Positions 12,241-26,741 of a stretch of DNA of 64,000 bases are shown one piece after another. The notes beneath the pieces are model-generated. The model did no database searches. It was not told where the DNA came from and saw nothing but the letters and a program-made list of their open reading frames with translations. Made by a program: the position numbers and the translations under genes. This DNA comes from Chrysomallon squamiferum (Eukaryota; Animalia; Mollusca), in contig CM022672.1 of assembly GCA_012295275.1 (NCBI GenBank), forward strand, positions 24,118,001 through 24,182,000, given 5' to 3'. Position 1 is the stretch's first letter. Every line of letters begins with the position of its first letter.

Positions 12241-14129
12241 TATATATACCATTGTTATTACTCCTATATATATTCTGCTACTAAAAATGATGACACAGTT
12301 GCATTTAATCACAATATTATATCCTATTATTAGTCTCTTTTATTCATTAAATATTTAATTACCATACCTATAATGACACACAATTAAAAACTACAGAAAC
12401 TTTTTACATACCGGTTTACAGAAATCATTTGTGGATGTAATACTGTGCAATTAAACTATGAGCTTATGGAGAAACATATTTCCATGTTTCAGTCTGATTT
12501 TTTTTTTCTTTTTTTTTTCATTCAGCACATGCAGTGGAATACATTATATAGCTGTATTTTTTCTTCAAATAAACTAGTTATTATTTTTAAATTCATATAT
12601 AAATTATTTTCCCATTCAGTATGGCATAGGATTAACCAACGCATAAACTGACTGGGTAACGTAAGCATTGTTTCAGTAATAATAACATATCTTGCATGCT
12701 GTTAGATGTTAACACAGGTTGACAAATTGTAAATAGAATTTAAAGTAAATGAATAAAAAGTAACTATTTTAAATAAATATTATCTGGTAAGAGATCTCTC
12801 ATTTTCCACACACTCTGTATTAAAGGTGAGCACGTTGGTGCATTGTGTACATTTACTTGCAGATAAATTAAAGCATGTTTTCAATATCTCAAAATACTTT
12901 ATTTTAGAACATCTTTTTTTTTTAAATAAATTTTTCTACTGAATGTATGTTTGTGTAGTTCTATATGCATTATAATCTGTAAGTGTGTGTTAGTGTGTGA
13001 GTGGAAACTACTTTTAATATTTTATTACAAACATTTGATCAATTACTCAGTTTTATGATGGAAGATTTATCAATTTCTTGTTAATAATTTCTGTTGCTTG
13101 TCAGTGTTCATCCAGATAATTATACTGTTATAAAAGCAATAGATAATAAATAAAAATACTTATGAAAACTAGGATGGGTAAAAGTGAACAAACAAAGCAG
13201 TTAATACTAATCTACATTTTTTATTATTCAGAAAGGTAATTTAAAATTAAAACAATGGCATAATTAATAATTAAAAATATATATATCTATTATGATTATT
13301 ATTATTGTGTAAGTTGTGGGAATATATATAATCAGGAATTATGTAAAATAATTAAATTTACAGGTGTTAATAATTATGTGTATTGTCTGATTGTCCAAGT
13401 TAATATGTACAATCCCCGAAAAATTTCAGATATTATAAATAATATATGAAAATTAGTTAATTATTTTTTACATATTTCTGAAATGGATACATCTATTATT
13501 ATATCATTGTTATTACATTTTCCCATCCTATCAATAACAATATAATAAATCTTCATTCCTTTTTAAATAGATCGGTTTTAAATAAAGACTAGGCAATTGA
13601 TTTAAGCTATATGCAAATGTTTCAAAATATTCGGGATTAAACATAATTCCTGAGTTAATCAGACATTACATACATTACCTAAAAGGTCCAAGCTATACTC
13701 TGTAAAATATGTATCAAACAAAATATTTACTAATGATTCCTTATTCCTCACAACAACATAAAACAAATTAAATAATAATTCAATAATACCATTTTTTTTT
13801 TTATATATCAAACTAAACAATTAAAAGTAATGTATGTTGAAAACCAAAATTCAGCATATTTATTTTTGTTGTTTATATTGTACAGTAAATTATTTATGAG
13901 ACATTTGTTACTGTTTATAGGTACACTACAGTATATTTATGTCAGTTGATTGGTGAAAATATGGTGTCTGGAATGTATTATATATGTTATCTACATTAAT
14001 TTCTTCATTTTGCTATTCATTGTCACTAAGGACCCCAATTATATACATGATCAAATGCACCAACCATTAAAAGGCATATGCATAAATTTCAGTCACATTG
14101 TCATGCTTAATATACAAACAAGCTTTTAA

Positions 14130-14305
14130 TCAGATTTTGTCATCGTAGTTTATCCTACACAGATTTTTTCATCTTGGCTTGTCCTATTGGTATTTTTTCA
14201 TCTTAATTTATCTTACACAGATTTTGTCATCTTGATTTATCCAAAATAGATTTTTTCATCTTGATTTATCCTATACGTATTTTCTCATGCTGATTTGTCC
14301 AAGGT
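14130..14305. repeat. Degenerate ~29-bp minisatellite (gattttttcatcttgatttatcctatacag-like), also at ~16660-16760, ~33325-33465 and ~49750-49950
   Basis: Tandem imperfect units are visible at the homologous position of each duplication unit. Confidence 0.75.
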
Positions 14306-15429
14306 AAACCTCTTGTTACATGCAGCAACCTTAAGTCATAGTTTACAACATAACTATACATTTGTATTTTCATCAATATACAGGAAAATATGATTTCATA
14401 TTCCTTCATTTTTGGTAAAATTATAAATATGCTGTGGAAATTTTGCATAAGAATTCTGTCTAAATCTAAATCTGAGAAAATATAATAAAATGAAAAACAA
14501 ACATACTTAAGTTTTTACTGAATGACAACATTATATATAAAATTTACCAATCATAATGTTTCTTGTTTTAATAATAAGCATTTAAAAATAATAATATAGA
14601 TCCAAATTTGAAACCAAATACTTATATATATATATATATATTAAAACCACACAGTATTATTTTAGAACAAAAACCAAAAAGAAACGAAGATAATATGTTT
14701 AAAAAAAAAAAAGACTGAGAAATGTCAACAGTTAGATGATGTTTTATACTGCTTATTCAGTAAAGCTTAATACACATTAGAAAAGAAATTTTTATCTAAA
14801 ACATGCACAAATTGTATCCAAAATATGCATAATTTGAATTTTATGTAGTAGTAATTATGTAAAATCTAATTAACCATATCACTTCTATGTTGATTTATGA
14901 CTACTTTAATTAAATGACACTAAGAAAACAGGCTATAATTGGAGGCAGCTTAAAATAACAGTGAAGGATCGACAGCTATATTAATTATTTACACATATCA
15001 GTCACAATTTAAATCTTACACACCAATGAATTTTGTCAAAATCTAATATTTTATAAAATAAGGGTTTTAAAAATTAAACCATTTTTATTAAAATATAATT
15101 ACAGATTTATTTTGAATGAATCTGATGATTCAACCTATTGACAAACACACCTATATCCTCCAGTGCCTAGTAAACTTGAAATGATTAAGCTTTATTGAAC
15201 AATTAACTCAAAATATAATTATTCATTTTTATATAATTCTTAACAAGAAATAAAATATAAACTTTTTTTGTGAAACCAAATATTTTACATTACTAAAGGA
15301 ATAAAATTTCAACAAAGCTTTGGAAAATTTTTGGTCTCTTTAACTCACTGTATATTTAATTTAGTACTTATTACTATTATTTCTGACTTCATCTAACTGC
15401 AATAATTATAATAAAATATAAAAGTTTAC

Positions 15430-17690
15430 AATACAAAATCTACTAACTAGTATATATAAATATTAATATTAAAATCACACAGTTAAGTATTATTTTATAG
15501 CAAAAATATACTACACTAATTTTCTCATCTTCATTTTCCCAAGTTTACAATGTCAATCTATACATTTGTATTTTCATCAATATAGAGGAAAATATGATTT
15601 CATTTGGCTTTATTTTTTGTCAAATTATAATTATGCTGGGGAAATTTTACCCAGTATATCCTGGAATTCTATCTAAATATAATGAAATGAGAAACAAACA
15701 TACCTAACGTTTTACTGAATGATAACATTATATATAAAATTTACCAATCATAATGTTTCTTGTTTCATAACATTTAAAAACTACAATAAAAAAATAATAA
15801 AAATAACAAAACAACTAAAGGTCTAAATTTTAAATAAATAATATCTAATTTTTTTTTGGTGAAACCAAATAATTTATATTCCTAAAAGAATAAAAAATTC
15901 AAGAAATCTTGTTAATTTCATTATAATGATTTAAAAACAAAAACAAAAACAAAAACATTTTTTCACTTGTCAGTTGTTGGTCACTTTAACTCACTATATA
16001 TCTCATCTAGTACTATCATTTATTATTTGTCACTTCACCTAACTGCTTACATCTGCAATAATTATTATAAAATATAAAACTTCATAATACAAAGTCTATT
16101 AATATATTAATATTAAAATCACACAGCTAAGTATTATTTTATAACAAAAAAAGAAGAAACTAACATAATACGTATTAAAAGAAAAACACCCATAAATGTT
16201 ACGAATTAAATGAAAAGTTATATATTCTATTATCTTTATACACATTAGAAAAGAAACTTATATCCAAAATATGCATAATTTGCATTTTATGTAGTAGGAA
16301 TTATGTAAAATTTAATTAACCATATCACTAAATTAAATTATTTAAGATACATTTACTACTGTCTGTAAGTACACAACAGTATGTTTATGTAAGTTAATTA
16401 ATGAAAATATAGTGTGTCTGGAATGTATTAAGTACATTAGCTACATTAATTTCTTCACTTCATTATTCAGTGTCACTGAAGAACCCCATGTAGATAAATA
16501 TTCAAATGCAACAACCATTATACACAAATACAAAACTGATAGGCATATGCATAGATAAAAGAATTTTAAAAAACCCCAAATTGATCAAAACTATTTCAAG
16601 GCAGGAAGCAAAAGTTTCAGCCATATTGTCAAGCTTAATGTGCAAACAATCTTTCAATCAGATTTTGTCATCTTCAATTATCCTGCACAGATCTGGTCAT
16701 CTTGATTTATCGGAAACAGAATTTGTCAAGTTCAATTACTATATAGATTTTCTCATTTTATAATACAAAGTCTACTAACTAGTATATATAAATATTAATA
16801 TTAAAATCACACAGTTAAGTATTATTTTATGGCAAAAATATACTACACTAATTTTCTGATCTTCATTTTCCCCAAGACAAATCTCTTGAATAATAGTTTA
16901 CAATGTCACTATACATTTGTATTTTCATCAATATACAGGAAAATATTATTTCATTTGGCTTCATTTTTGGTCAAATTATAATTATGCTGGGGAAATGTTA
17001 CCCAGTATATCCTGGAATTCTATCTAAATATAATGAAATGATAAACAAATATACCTAACTTTTTACTGAATGATAATATTATATATAAAATTTACCAATA
17101 ATAATGTTTCTTGTTTCATAACATTTAAAAACTACAATAAAAAAAAAATAACAAAAGTAACAAAACAACTAAAGGTCTAAATTTTAAATAACAAAAATCA
17201 AATTCTTTTTGGTGAAACCAAATAATTTATATTACTAAAAGAATAAAAAATTCAAGAAATCTTGTTAATTTCATTATAATGATTTAAAAAACAAAAACAA
17301 AAACAAAAAACAAAACATTTTTTCACTTGTCAGTTGTTGGTCACTTTAACTCACTATATATCTCATCTAGTACTATCATTTATTATTTGTCACTTCACCT
17401 AACTGCTTACATCTGCAATAATTATTATAAAATATTAAACTTCATAATACAAAGTCTATTAATATATTAATATTAAAATAACACAGTTAAGTATAATTTT
17501 ATAACAAAAAAAGAAGAAACTAACATAATACGTATTAAAAGAAAAACACCCATAAATGTTACGAATTAAATGAAAAGTTATATATTCTATTATCTTTATA
17601 CACATTAGAAAAGAAACTTATATCCATAATATGCATAATATGCATTTTATGTAGTAGGAATTATGTAAAATCTAATTAACCATATCACTT
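15430..17690. repeat. Local ~0.9-kb direct duplication (15430-16330 versus 16760-17690)
   Basis: Both copies begin atacaaa.tctactaactagtatatataaatattaatattaaaatcacacag and end aattaaccatatcact, with near-identical interiors. Confidence 0.85.
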
Positions 17691-17976
17691 CTATGTTGAA
17701 TTATCATTACTTTAATTAAATGACATTAAGAAAACAGGCTATCCCTGCAGGCAGCTAAAAATAACAGCAGAGGATAGACAACTCTGTCGTCAACAACCTA
17801 TGATGTGGTACTATATTAGTTTATATATCATAAATGTTTATAAGTATAAAAGTCGTATTCCAAACAAAATGATGTAGTTACAAAAATACAGAAAAGAAGT
17901 TAGAATATGTAAATATTAGAAAAATAGCATGATGTTCTGCTTAAAAATTCACATTTTTCATTATTCACTGAACTGA

Positions 17977-20900
17977 TTAGCTGGTGATACCCTTAGCTAC
18001 CAGTTCTTCTTTTACATGTTTTAAATAACCTGATAAGGATTACGGTCCAGAGATTCAGAACGACGATGAAAAGATCCAGAACGACGATGGAAAGATCCAG
18101 AACGACGATGGAAAGATACAGGTGATGAACTGCTGGGACCATTTGAACTCTTGTTTGCTGACATAAGATCTGTTTGGATCACTGGCTTGTTTCCACCAAT
18201 CTGCTCACCATTGTTAACTCTACCTGTATCTACTCGAGTCATAGAGGATGAGCGCCTGGCAGAAGGTTTTTTTTCATACTCTCTAGACTTTCTGTCAGAA
18301 TAAAAATTATTTATAAATAAATATATAAATCTAGAAACACAGCATATCAACAAATAAAGCAGAAGAAATTATAACATTGTAAAGTAGATTTCTTAACAAT
18401 AATATGCTTATGAATTAAAACAATCATCTGAATTTAATTACAAACTTATTTTTATTTAAGTCTAAGCTATTTCAAACCTTATTTTATAGGTAAGATTAAT
18501 GTAATTTTATTAAAATATACATTAAAGAGTATAGCTTGTGGGGTTTGTGCCACTGACACCTAATTTGGGTGATAATTTTCTGTAAAGACGAATGAGCCAA
18601 AAATTAAAACAACAATATTAATAACAGATTTTTAGTGGCAGTTATTATTATTATTATTTATTTTTTTAATTTTAATTTAATTTTTTATTATTATTATTTT
18701 TTTTACTCTAGGCAAGATATATTATAAAAATATCTGTGCTGTTTTGATATTTAATGGCTGAAAGAAATCTGAACAGTTGTATGAGAACTAATAGTGGACT
18801 ATTCCCTGTAAAACACAGATACATTTAAATGTTCTTGGTCACTGAAGAGAGCCTTCAGAAAGATGAATAGCAACATTTTCTAACATGTATCAGAATTATC
18901 CAGTGATCTTGAATCATGCATATCAATTCATGATCTGAATCATGATACTAAACCATGGTTCCCTGCTGTGTGAATGAAAAAATTTTTTAAATTGTCAATA
19001 ATAAGTCCTATTTAAACACTTCAATTCTAGTAATTGCAAAAGCAGTTCATACTTTTTTTACTTATATAAATATAATATTTCCTGATCTATGCAAGAAAAA
19101 ATAATTTTTTGTTTTAAATTGTCAACAATAATTTGAGTAAGTCCTATTTATTTACCTCCTTGATACTGAAGTTTGCAATTTCTGTGAATTATATTTCTTC
19201 TTCAATGCTTCTTGAAGAAGTTTTTCAAATGTTTTATCCAAGCATTGCTTAATCATGACAATTGCCAAACAAACAATTTCTGGATCATCGTTCACAAACA
19301 GTATTTTCCTCAAAAAGCTTGAATTTTCGTTTTCTGATATAAACAACACAACAGCATCCAGAAAAGCTTCCACACAATATTCTATAGGAATGTCAGATAT
19401 CCCTAAAAAATATAAATCCCAGCACAGCAGTTAATATTTTAGAATAAAGATTATTTAATGACATTATCAATTTTTAAAAGGATTTTTGTTGCATTTTAAC
19501 ATAAAACTGATTTTTCTTTGGACATTTACCAAACAAATAATTTATCTAAAAATAAAATTTAAATGTGAAGTGAAAAAAAAAAAAAAAAAAAACCCAGCTA
19601 AATAAATAAATTAATAACAGTATTACAATTATATAAAAAAATAATATAACCATTATTTTTTCCATTATTACGTTTCAAATAACCAATATTCTAACTGACA
19701 AAATAAAGTTAATAATTATACACATACCTGTGCTGATAAAAGGAAATGCCATTGATTTGACCATCACTATTTCATTTCCATACTTGAGACAATTATAAAA
19801 TGTTTTAGTCAGGGTCTGAATGCACTGTTCCCAACTTTCCTTTATGTATATGGGTCCAACTGTATGTAGGACACATTTTAAATGCTGTAACTTCCCATAT
19901 GCTTTGGTGTGCATTACTTCAGTCACAGGAAGTTCTCCATATTTCTTTATGTATTCTGCACATTCTTTCTTTATTTCAGGCCCTGCAGCTTTCTCAACAG
20001 ATTTTGCAACTCCAGACCGGTTCAGCAATTCACTGTTAACAGTATTAACAATGCAGTCAACCTTGACTTTGACGATGTCATTACAAGAAACTTCAATTTC
20101 CAAACCATTATCAAATTTGTAATGAAATTTTGTTAAATCTGTTGAATGTTGTGGTAGCTTTGAGTTTTGTAATGATGTCATATTTTCATTAACCTCAGAG
20201 TGTCTTAGAGATTTTCTAGTGTAACTGTCATCAACATATTGGCTCTGTAGTCTTCTATCAATATAATTTTTTTCAACAGTCTGTGCTCTGCCACTGTTAG
20301 TGAGAAAACTGTTTTTCTGGTAGGTCAGTGAATCTGAGTTATCATTACATTTTAAGAATGCAAAGTGTTCAAATGTTTGATCAGCATCTTTAGAACGAGA
20401 TTTCCTTGTAGAAATTTTTCTGTTGCTTGTAGCCTGTGACAGATATGAACTTTCTCTGTATGACAAACTGGACATGGCATCATGGAAGAACCTCTGGTTT
20501 CCAGATTGTGTATCATGCCTGCTATTATATCTTTCACAATCATCTAAAGAATCCTTATCCGAATATCCCGATTTTCCTAAAATTCTTTTAGCATCTAAAC
20601 CTGCTACTTCATCATCATTTACATCTCTTAATCTTTCAGTGCATTCTCAGCACCTAGAGCACTCCTGTAATAGTGTGAATCCTGGGGAGAGTTTCTACTT
20701 ATTTTCTTTGAAGAAGAGTAATTACTGCCACTGCCTCTATCCAAATCTTTCAGTGCATTCTCAGTATCCCTTCTTGAACTCTGTCTGGTCTCTGCAATTT
20801 GAGAAGAAGAGTAATTACTGCCACTGCCTCTATCCAAATCTTTCAGTGCATTCTCAGTATCCCTTCTTGAACTCTGTCTGGTCTCTGCAATTTGAGAAGA

Positions 20901-22290
20901 AGAGTAATTACTGCCACTGCCTCTATCCAAATCTTTCAGTGCACTCTCAGTATCCCTTCTTGAACTCTGTCTGGCCTCTGTAGTTTGATGAACCGAAGGA
21001 TTTGGGGACTTTGATGTCAGACCAGTTGACTCATTTACTAACCTTGATTCTTGATCCTGTCTTCTAGTTAAATAACTGATTTCTCCTGAACCCACACCAT
21101 TAACCAATTCGACTCCAGAAGGAATGTTCATTTGTTTTACAAGATTTTCTTGTATATGATACTGACGATCAAGGATCCCATGCAGATAGTTCCAAGCCCA
21201 TTCCAACTCAAACCAGTTTCCTTTGAATCCCACTCCATTAGATTTTGTTGTAAATATTTTTATACCATTTTTTAGAAGAACATCTTTATATTCATCTGTG
21301 GCCAAAACAAGAGAGGCAACTTCTTCTTCTAATAAAATTGATATTGTGCTATATATCTGAAAGTAAATAAAAGAAAGATATCTTTGATTAAAACTGATTG
21401 TAAACTAATTATTTTAAGATATTTTATCTGAAATAAAAGTTGTTTAATTAATCGTCTATGTTTTTTTTCAAGATAAATCAGTCTGATTGCATGTTTTAAA
21501 AAAAAATAATTACTGATGAAATAATCATTTATAAACAATTAATTTTAATTATAACAGAAATGAGCTAAAAAAATAAATAAAAATAAAATAACAAATAATT
21601 CATAACACTATTAACAGGCTATCTTCAGTCATCTTTAAAATCAAAAGAAATACAGTTTTATAAATTCCCAATCTCTGTAGGAATAGAAAATGAATATAGA
21701 TATTTATGAAAACAATTTATCCATGTTTTACTTACTTTTTTTATACAAACAATTAGCAAAATATCAGTATTCAGAAAGTCTAAATTCATGAAACAAAGAA
21801 ATATGGTTTTAAACATTACCTGATGAGGCAAAGGTTTCACCTGAAACCTGGTAGTCCCACTAGATATCTCTGATTTACTCAAGACCTTTGCTACTTCTGT
21901 AAAATGTAGGAGAAGTTTTTTCAAAATACATTAATTTGTTGTGTAAGGGAAGACAACTGTTGTTGTAATTGGTATTAATTTTATTATTATTTATTTATAT
22001 TTTAAAAAATATTTTTCAATACAATGATTTTGTGAAAAAGATATTAATGTTTATTGTTATATGAAGGATAACATAATGAATGTTATATGAATTTACAAAC
22101 TGTAAAAACAAAACTCCTATTTATTTGCTTTTATACAAACCATATGAATTTTTAAAATTATGACAGCATCATTATTTAACAATGGATAGTAGATCTTGTC
22201 AATTTTGTTGTCAGTGGCAGAATCAAACTGTGATTTCAGTAACTGCACACTCATCCTTGGTGGGATATTGAATACACGAACGCCTAACAT
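17977..22290 (-). pseudogene. Macrodomain-Deltex paralog, left copy (pseudogene; RING and most of DTC deleted). Exons 22290-22141, 21896-21820, 21356-19728, 19402-19156, 18291-~17977
   Basis: Collinear with the right copy. Exon 1 is 150 nt versus 151 in the other copies. Frameshift/stop at ~20630. The linker exon is fused out of frame at ~18035 to the last DTC exon. Macro motifs are altered (NTVN, GISD). Confidence 0.85.
20700..20985 (-). repeat. 93-bp (31-aa) coding tandem repeat, 3 units
   Basis: Three units of the ETRQSSRRDTENALKDLDRGSGSNYSSSQIA type in ORF 20628-21305. Confidence 0.9.
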
Positions 22291-22308
22291 TGTTCTGTAA
22301 TAATAATA

Positions 22309-22353
<45 letters not shown>

Positions 22354-23175
22354 TAAAATATTTAAGGTGTTATTTCAAACATGTTATTCCTGTAGGCCAG
22401 TTGGTAAATTGCTTATACTAATAATAATACGATCAGAAGATTGTTTTGTGGAGTTGTATGCAGATTCCATACAAATCAAGCATCATTATCTATTCAGCTA
22501 TTTTAAGCAGATTTCAGATTGGTATTGAATAAATTATTATAAACCTCATTTGACTCTGCATATAGATATAATGGATGTCTGAACGAGTGTAAATAGACAA
22601 GATTCTATGACTTTGTTTATTCTGATGCGAATACAACGGTACAGGAATTTGTTATAAATTATTGTTTAAAATAATAATCGGTGTTATGCATTATTTTAAA
22701 TAAGGACAATGAAAGTAAAAATGGCTGAAGGGAAATAACTGCATTAAAAAAAAAAAACCGCGTATATCAAAAAAAAAAAAGGATGAAAAGAAAAAAAGGA
22801 GAGAGAAGGAAAGACATTATAATATGTCATAATAAGCATTATACTGTAAGCAATATGCATAATATTTATTTCACTCAATTAAAAAATTGTGTCGTGTGTA
22901 ACATATTTAAATAAAGTGATATCATATTTTCCTGCAATGTCGAATTACTTCAATAACTAGTAATAGTAGCTAAGCTACATAACACTTAACAGTGATTAAA
23001 AAGATATATTAAGCTGCTAATCTACAAATATATCTTAATACTCACCAGTATATTAACACAGTGATAATGTATTTATGTTTTATTTGCGATTTGTGAGTTA
23101 CGTGACTCAGCTTGCTTTGGTTCGTAGAATCGAAACTAAAACAAACCGTAATAACCAAAATTTACTACTTCCTTG

Positions 23176-23253
<78 letters not shown>

Positions 23254-23438
23254 GAGAGTTATCTTATCCTTACGGTTAGGCCTAGAATTCGGAAATATCA
23301 TGTAAAAGTAATGTTCTGGCATAATTTTTGATTTAACATTCCTTATAGAGACTATGCTTCAGAATATATATATTTCTCTATGTATTTAAAAGGTTCAGTT
23401 TTCTAAATACTTCGCATACTGATTTTCAAATAATTATT

Positions 23439-23440
<2 letters not shown>

Positions 23441-23512
<72 letters not shown>
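23441..23512. repeat. (TC)n microsatellite; representative of many (TC/GA, CA, TAA, TA) tracts, e.g. 6287-6329, 25590-25650, 30680-30747, 32379-32460, 57642-57708, 61930-62100, 63058-63152
   Basis: Direct inspection. Confidence 0.95.
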
Positions 23513-23516
<4 letters not shown>

Positions 23517-23759
23517 CACACTCTAACGATAATGCCCCATGTATCAGCATCAGCAGATACCAAAATCGGACCGACAGGAAAAACGACGACAGAAACCTCT
23601 TGATAATAATTCAGAATACTGCAAGTGAGCACAACTGAAACAACATTAAACTATTAATAGCTTTTTAATGTCGAAAATATTTATTTTATGGGATATCTGC
23701 TTCAAATAAACAGACATAGGTAACTATTCTTCATTACTAGAACAATATTATTAACTAAC

Positions 23760-24830
23760 AGCAGGGTAAAAGGTCCCCTGGGGTAAAAGGCCCACTGGCT
23801 TTGTTGCAAAATGAAGGTATATGCAGACAAGACTTTTTTAAAGCATTAAAGCATGCATACAGCACTGCAGAGACACCTGGATCGTTCCAAACTAAGGAAA
23901 AAGAATAACTTCTTATGAAGTAGCCGAAATATTTGTTTTTGCTTACAACAAAACTTCTACAGTTGAGAAATCAGTCAGTGGTTTCAAGGCATGTCGACTT
24001 TGGCCTTTTAATGACGGCATCTTTATGGATAATTGCAGCTGTATCCTCGTTCTACCATCCCATCTGTCACCTCAGTCCTGGCTCAGTTACGCCAGCCCGT
24101 CAAGGCAGTAAAACCTACTAGAAAATGTAAAACAAAAAAGGCGGAAAATCTGACATCCTCACCATATAAAAAAAATTTGGAAGAAAAAGAAAATGCGAAA
24201 GGCAAGGGAAAGAATAAAAGCAAGAATGAACAGATCAAATTTTCTACCGAAGACCAAAGCTCTGATGAGGAAGGGTGGCCGTGTTTAGTATGTGGTGAAC
24301 CTTTTAGTATACAACAAACACAGAAAAGTCGACCCAGTGTCTAACTTGTCAACATTGGGCCCACGAAGCATGTACAACAGCAGAACGCATTTACATTTGT
24401 CAAAACTATGACTGTGATGACGATGAAGACGAGGAAAAAAGAATATTATGGCCTTATCTGGACTTGTTCAACTTCCCTGGTTTATTGTTATTTGAAGGGT
24501 TATTTTGTATCTGTTGCTACATCTATAACTGAATAATTAAGTTTTCATATGAAAAGTAGTTTTAATTTATGACGGAGTATTAATAAGTTCACTCATTAAA
24601 AGTGCACATGGGGTAAAATTCCCCATCGTATGCCTTTTTCCCCAGCTCTGGGGTAAAAGGTTCCATTACAAGACATTATTATTTAATAAACATGCCTGTT
24701 TTATTATATTGTTTTAATATCACGAATATACAAATTCGACTCCTCTGTGCATAAATTATATTTATTGCTCAAAATGTGGTATGAAATATATTATTTTTCA
24801 TTAAGGTTGGCATTACACCCAACTATACTC
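23760..24830 (+). mobile_element. Decayed pogo/Tigger-like (DDE_1) DNA transposon relic with a C-terminal PHD-like finger
   Basis: Frameshifted translation FKALKHAY...KRITSYEVAEIFVFAYNKTSTVEKSVSGFKACRLWPFN resembles the post-DDE region, followed by LTSSPYKKNLEEK and WPCLVCGEPFS...CQHWAHEACT...YICQN. A repeated GGGTAAAAGG-like motif occurs at 23764-23790 and 24610-24660. Confidence 0.75.
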
Positions 24831-25588
24831 CATATATTTCTGTTTTTTAATTTAAAAATGTGGCTTTAATATAATGGTTTATTTGTTATTTATATGTTTT
24901 ATTCCCATATTTCGTTTCGTGTTTAGTTGTTAATATTTCAATCAGAATTTAGCTTGGACTTTATTGGTTATTATTTATATTCCATTTCAAATCATTATTA
25001 TTTTTTAAGACGAAAACTAAAAAACTAAATGAAAATATTTCCAGAAACTACTACTAAAGTTATAGGCGGTTAATTATATTTAGACAGAAGGTTTAATCTA
25101 CTGAAGTATCAATAGAATAAAATTAAACATAAAATTTCAGTATTTGATCATATAAACTTATATAAGGCCTTAATGGTTTGTTTGCGATTCATAAGGCCAA
25201 ATCGGATAAGTCGTTGGTCGACAGATTTTGATAATATTTGGCACATAAATATTTTGAAGTCAAATACATTTACAGTAAGAAGTATTTGTTTTGGAAGTCA
25301 AAGATACACAGCCTTTTATTAATGTGTAGATGTGTTTTTGAAGGTGTGTTTTGTCGGAAAACAAAAAATATTTAGGATAAAAAAAAAAAATATATATTAT
25401 TTAGTGTACTAATTCACTAAAAAGATGTTTACACCGAACATTTAAAAACGGACAAAGTAGTTATGGAGGTTGTTTGCGACAGCTGAATATAAGCACCAGC
25501 ACGGACTTGTACTGTCAAAGTATGACTCGACATTAGCAAAATAGTGATATTTCAGGAGGAGAAAAAAATACAAAACAGAAAGACAGTA

Positions 25589-25653
<65 letters not shown>

Positions 25654-25795
25654 TAACAATAAAGGCAACAACAACACTAACAACAACAATTAAATTATAA
25701 TAATAATAAGCATCATCAACAAATTAAATTTTACAAGAGAGATCTATATCAAAACGATTTTTGAAATGTTTCTTTTATTGAGTCTGAGAATGTAT

Positions 25796-26741
25796 TCATG
25801 AGCAGCCTTCACTTCCTGGAACATTGTAGCCATATTGGTTGCATTCAAATCCAAACTTATTAGCCAACATACAGGAAATTCGTGTTTTCGGTTTGATTCC
25901 AACACATCTAAAATAAAATAAATTGTAGTTAAAGTTATTATCTCTTTTGTACTGTTTATGACAGTGTTATAACGTATACAAAATTTAAATAGTAATAATC
26001 ATAATAATAATAATAATAATAATAATAGACAACATTTCGCTAGACATTAGGATTATTTGTATTTTGTAAATCCTTATGTTAAAACGAGTAAATAATAAAT
26101 AATACTAGCAACCAAGTAATGGTAGTTTTTGTAGTGATTGTAGCACTAGTAGGCAAGTGATGCTGGTAGTAAAATTAGTAATTGTTGTAATATTGTAGTA
26201 GCAGCAGTAAAAGTAGTAAAAATTAATTACCTGCAGAAGTCGGAAAGACCATCTCCGTTTTTGTCATCCATGAAGAAAGTACCATTGTATCCCGGATCTG
26301 TTCCCAATCTGCCGCCTGAGGGCGGATTGTAATTGTATTCACTCTCACCTTGAGTTCCTGCCAGAGCGCACGACAACCATTTTACCTTACCACTACCAAC
26401 AAATCTGAAAATTACATAGACCTAAAGATAGATAAATACACAGGAAGCGCACCCAACACATAGTTTAATATTTTTGTCTGTTAAATATTTCAATGTATAG
26501 ATAGCATACGACGCATAGTTTAATATTTTTATCAGTGTATACAACAAATTATTATGGCCTATAGTTTATTGTCAATAAAATACCTGCAGTAATCGTTGTC
26601 AACTCCCTGGCCTTGAACATCTGTCCATCCTCGATACAGGTATCTATGTCCCAAATCTTTAATGTCAGTTCGTCTTGGGTAGGTTTTAGCACCAGCACCA
26701 ATCAAAACCATCGCAAAGAAGCAGAGCGCTTTGGGCGTCAT
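25796..26741 (-). CDS. Secreted Cys-rich DxxGxGxxDxCR-repeat protein A, 147 aa (exons 26741-26584, 26404-26231, 25907-25796)
   Basis: Signal-peptide-like MTPKALCFFAMVLIGAGA. Two GT-AG phase-2 introns, each inside the Arg of D[YF]CR. Open spliced frame ending CNQYGYNVPGSEGCS*. AATAAA lies just downstream, with a candidate 5'UTR donor at 27099. Confidence 0.88.

Noticed and set aside
19820-20983. Plus-strand ORFs repeated at 19820/39271/54559 and Cys-rich repeat ORFs at 20423-20983 and 55540-55953
   Set aside because: They are antisense shadows of the macrodomain exon and the 93-bp repeat; their conservation is explained by the minus-strand gene.
23107-23632. ORFs with IYIY, ERER, NNNN, LSLS or HTHT runs (also 30545, 41493, 47853, 51515, 57528, 61905)
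   Set aside because: They are translations of microsatellites.
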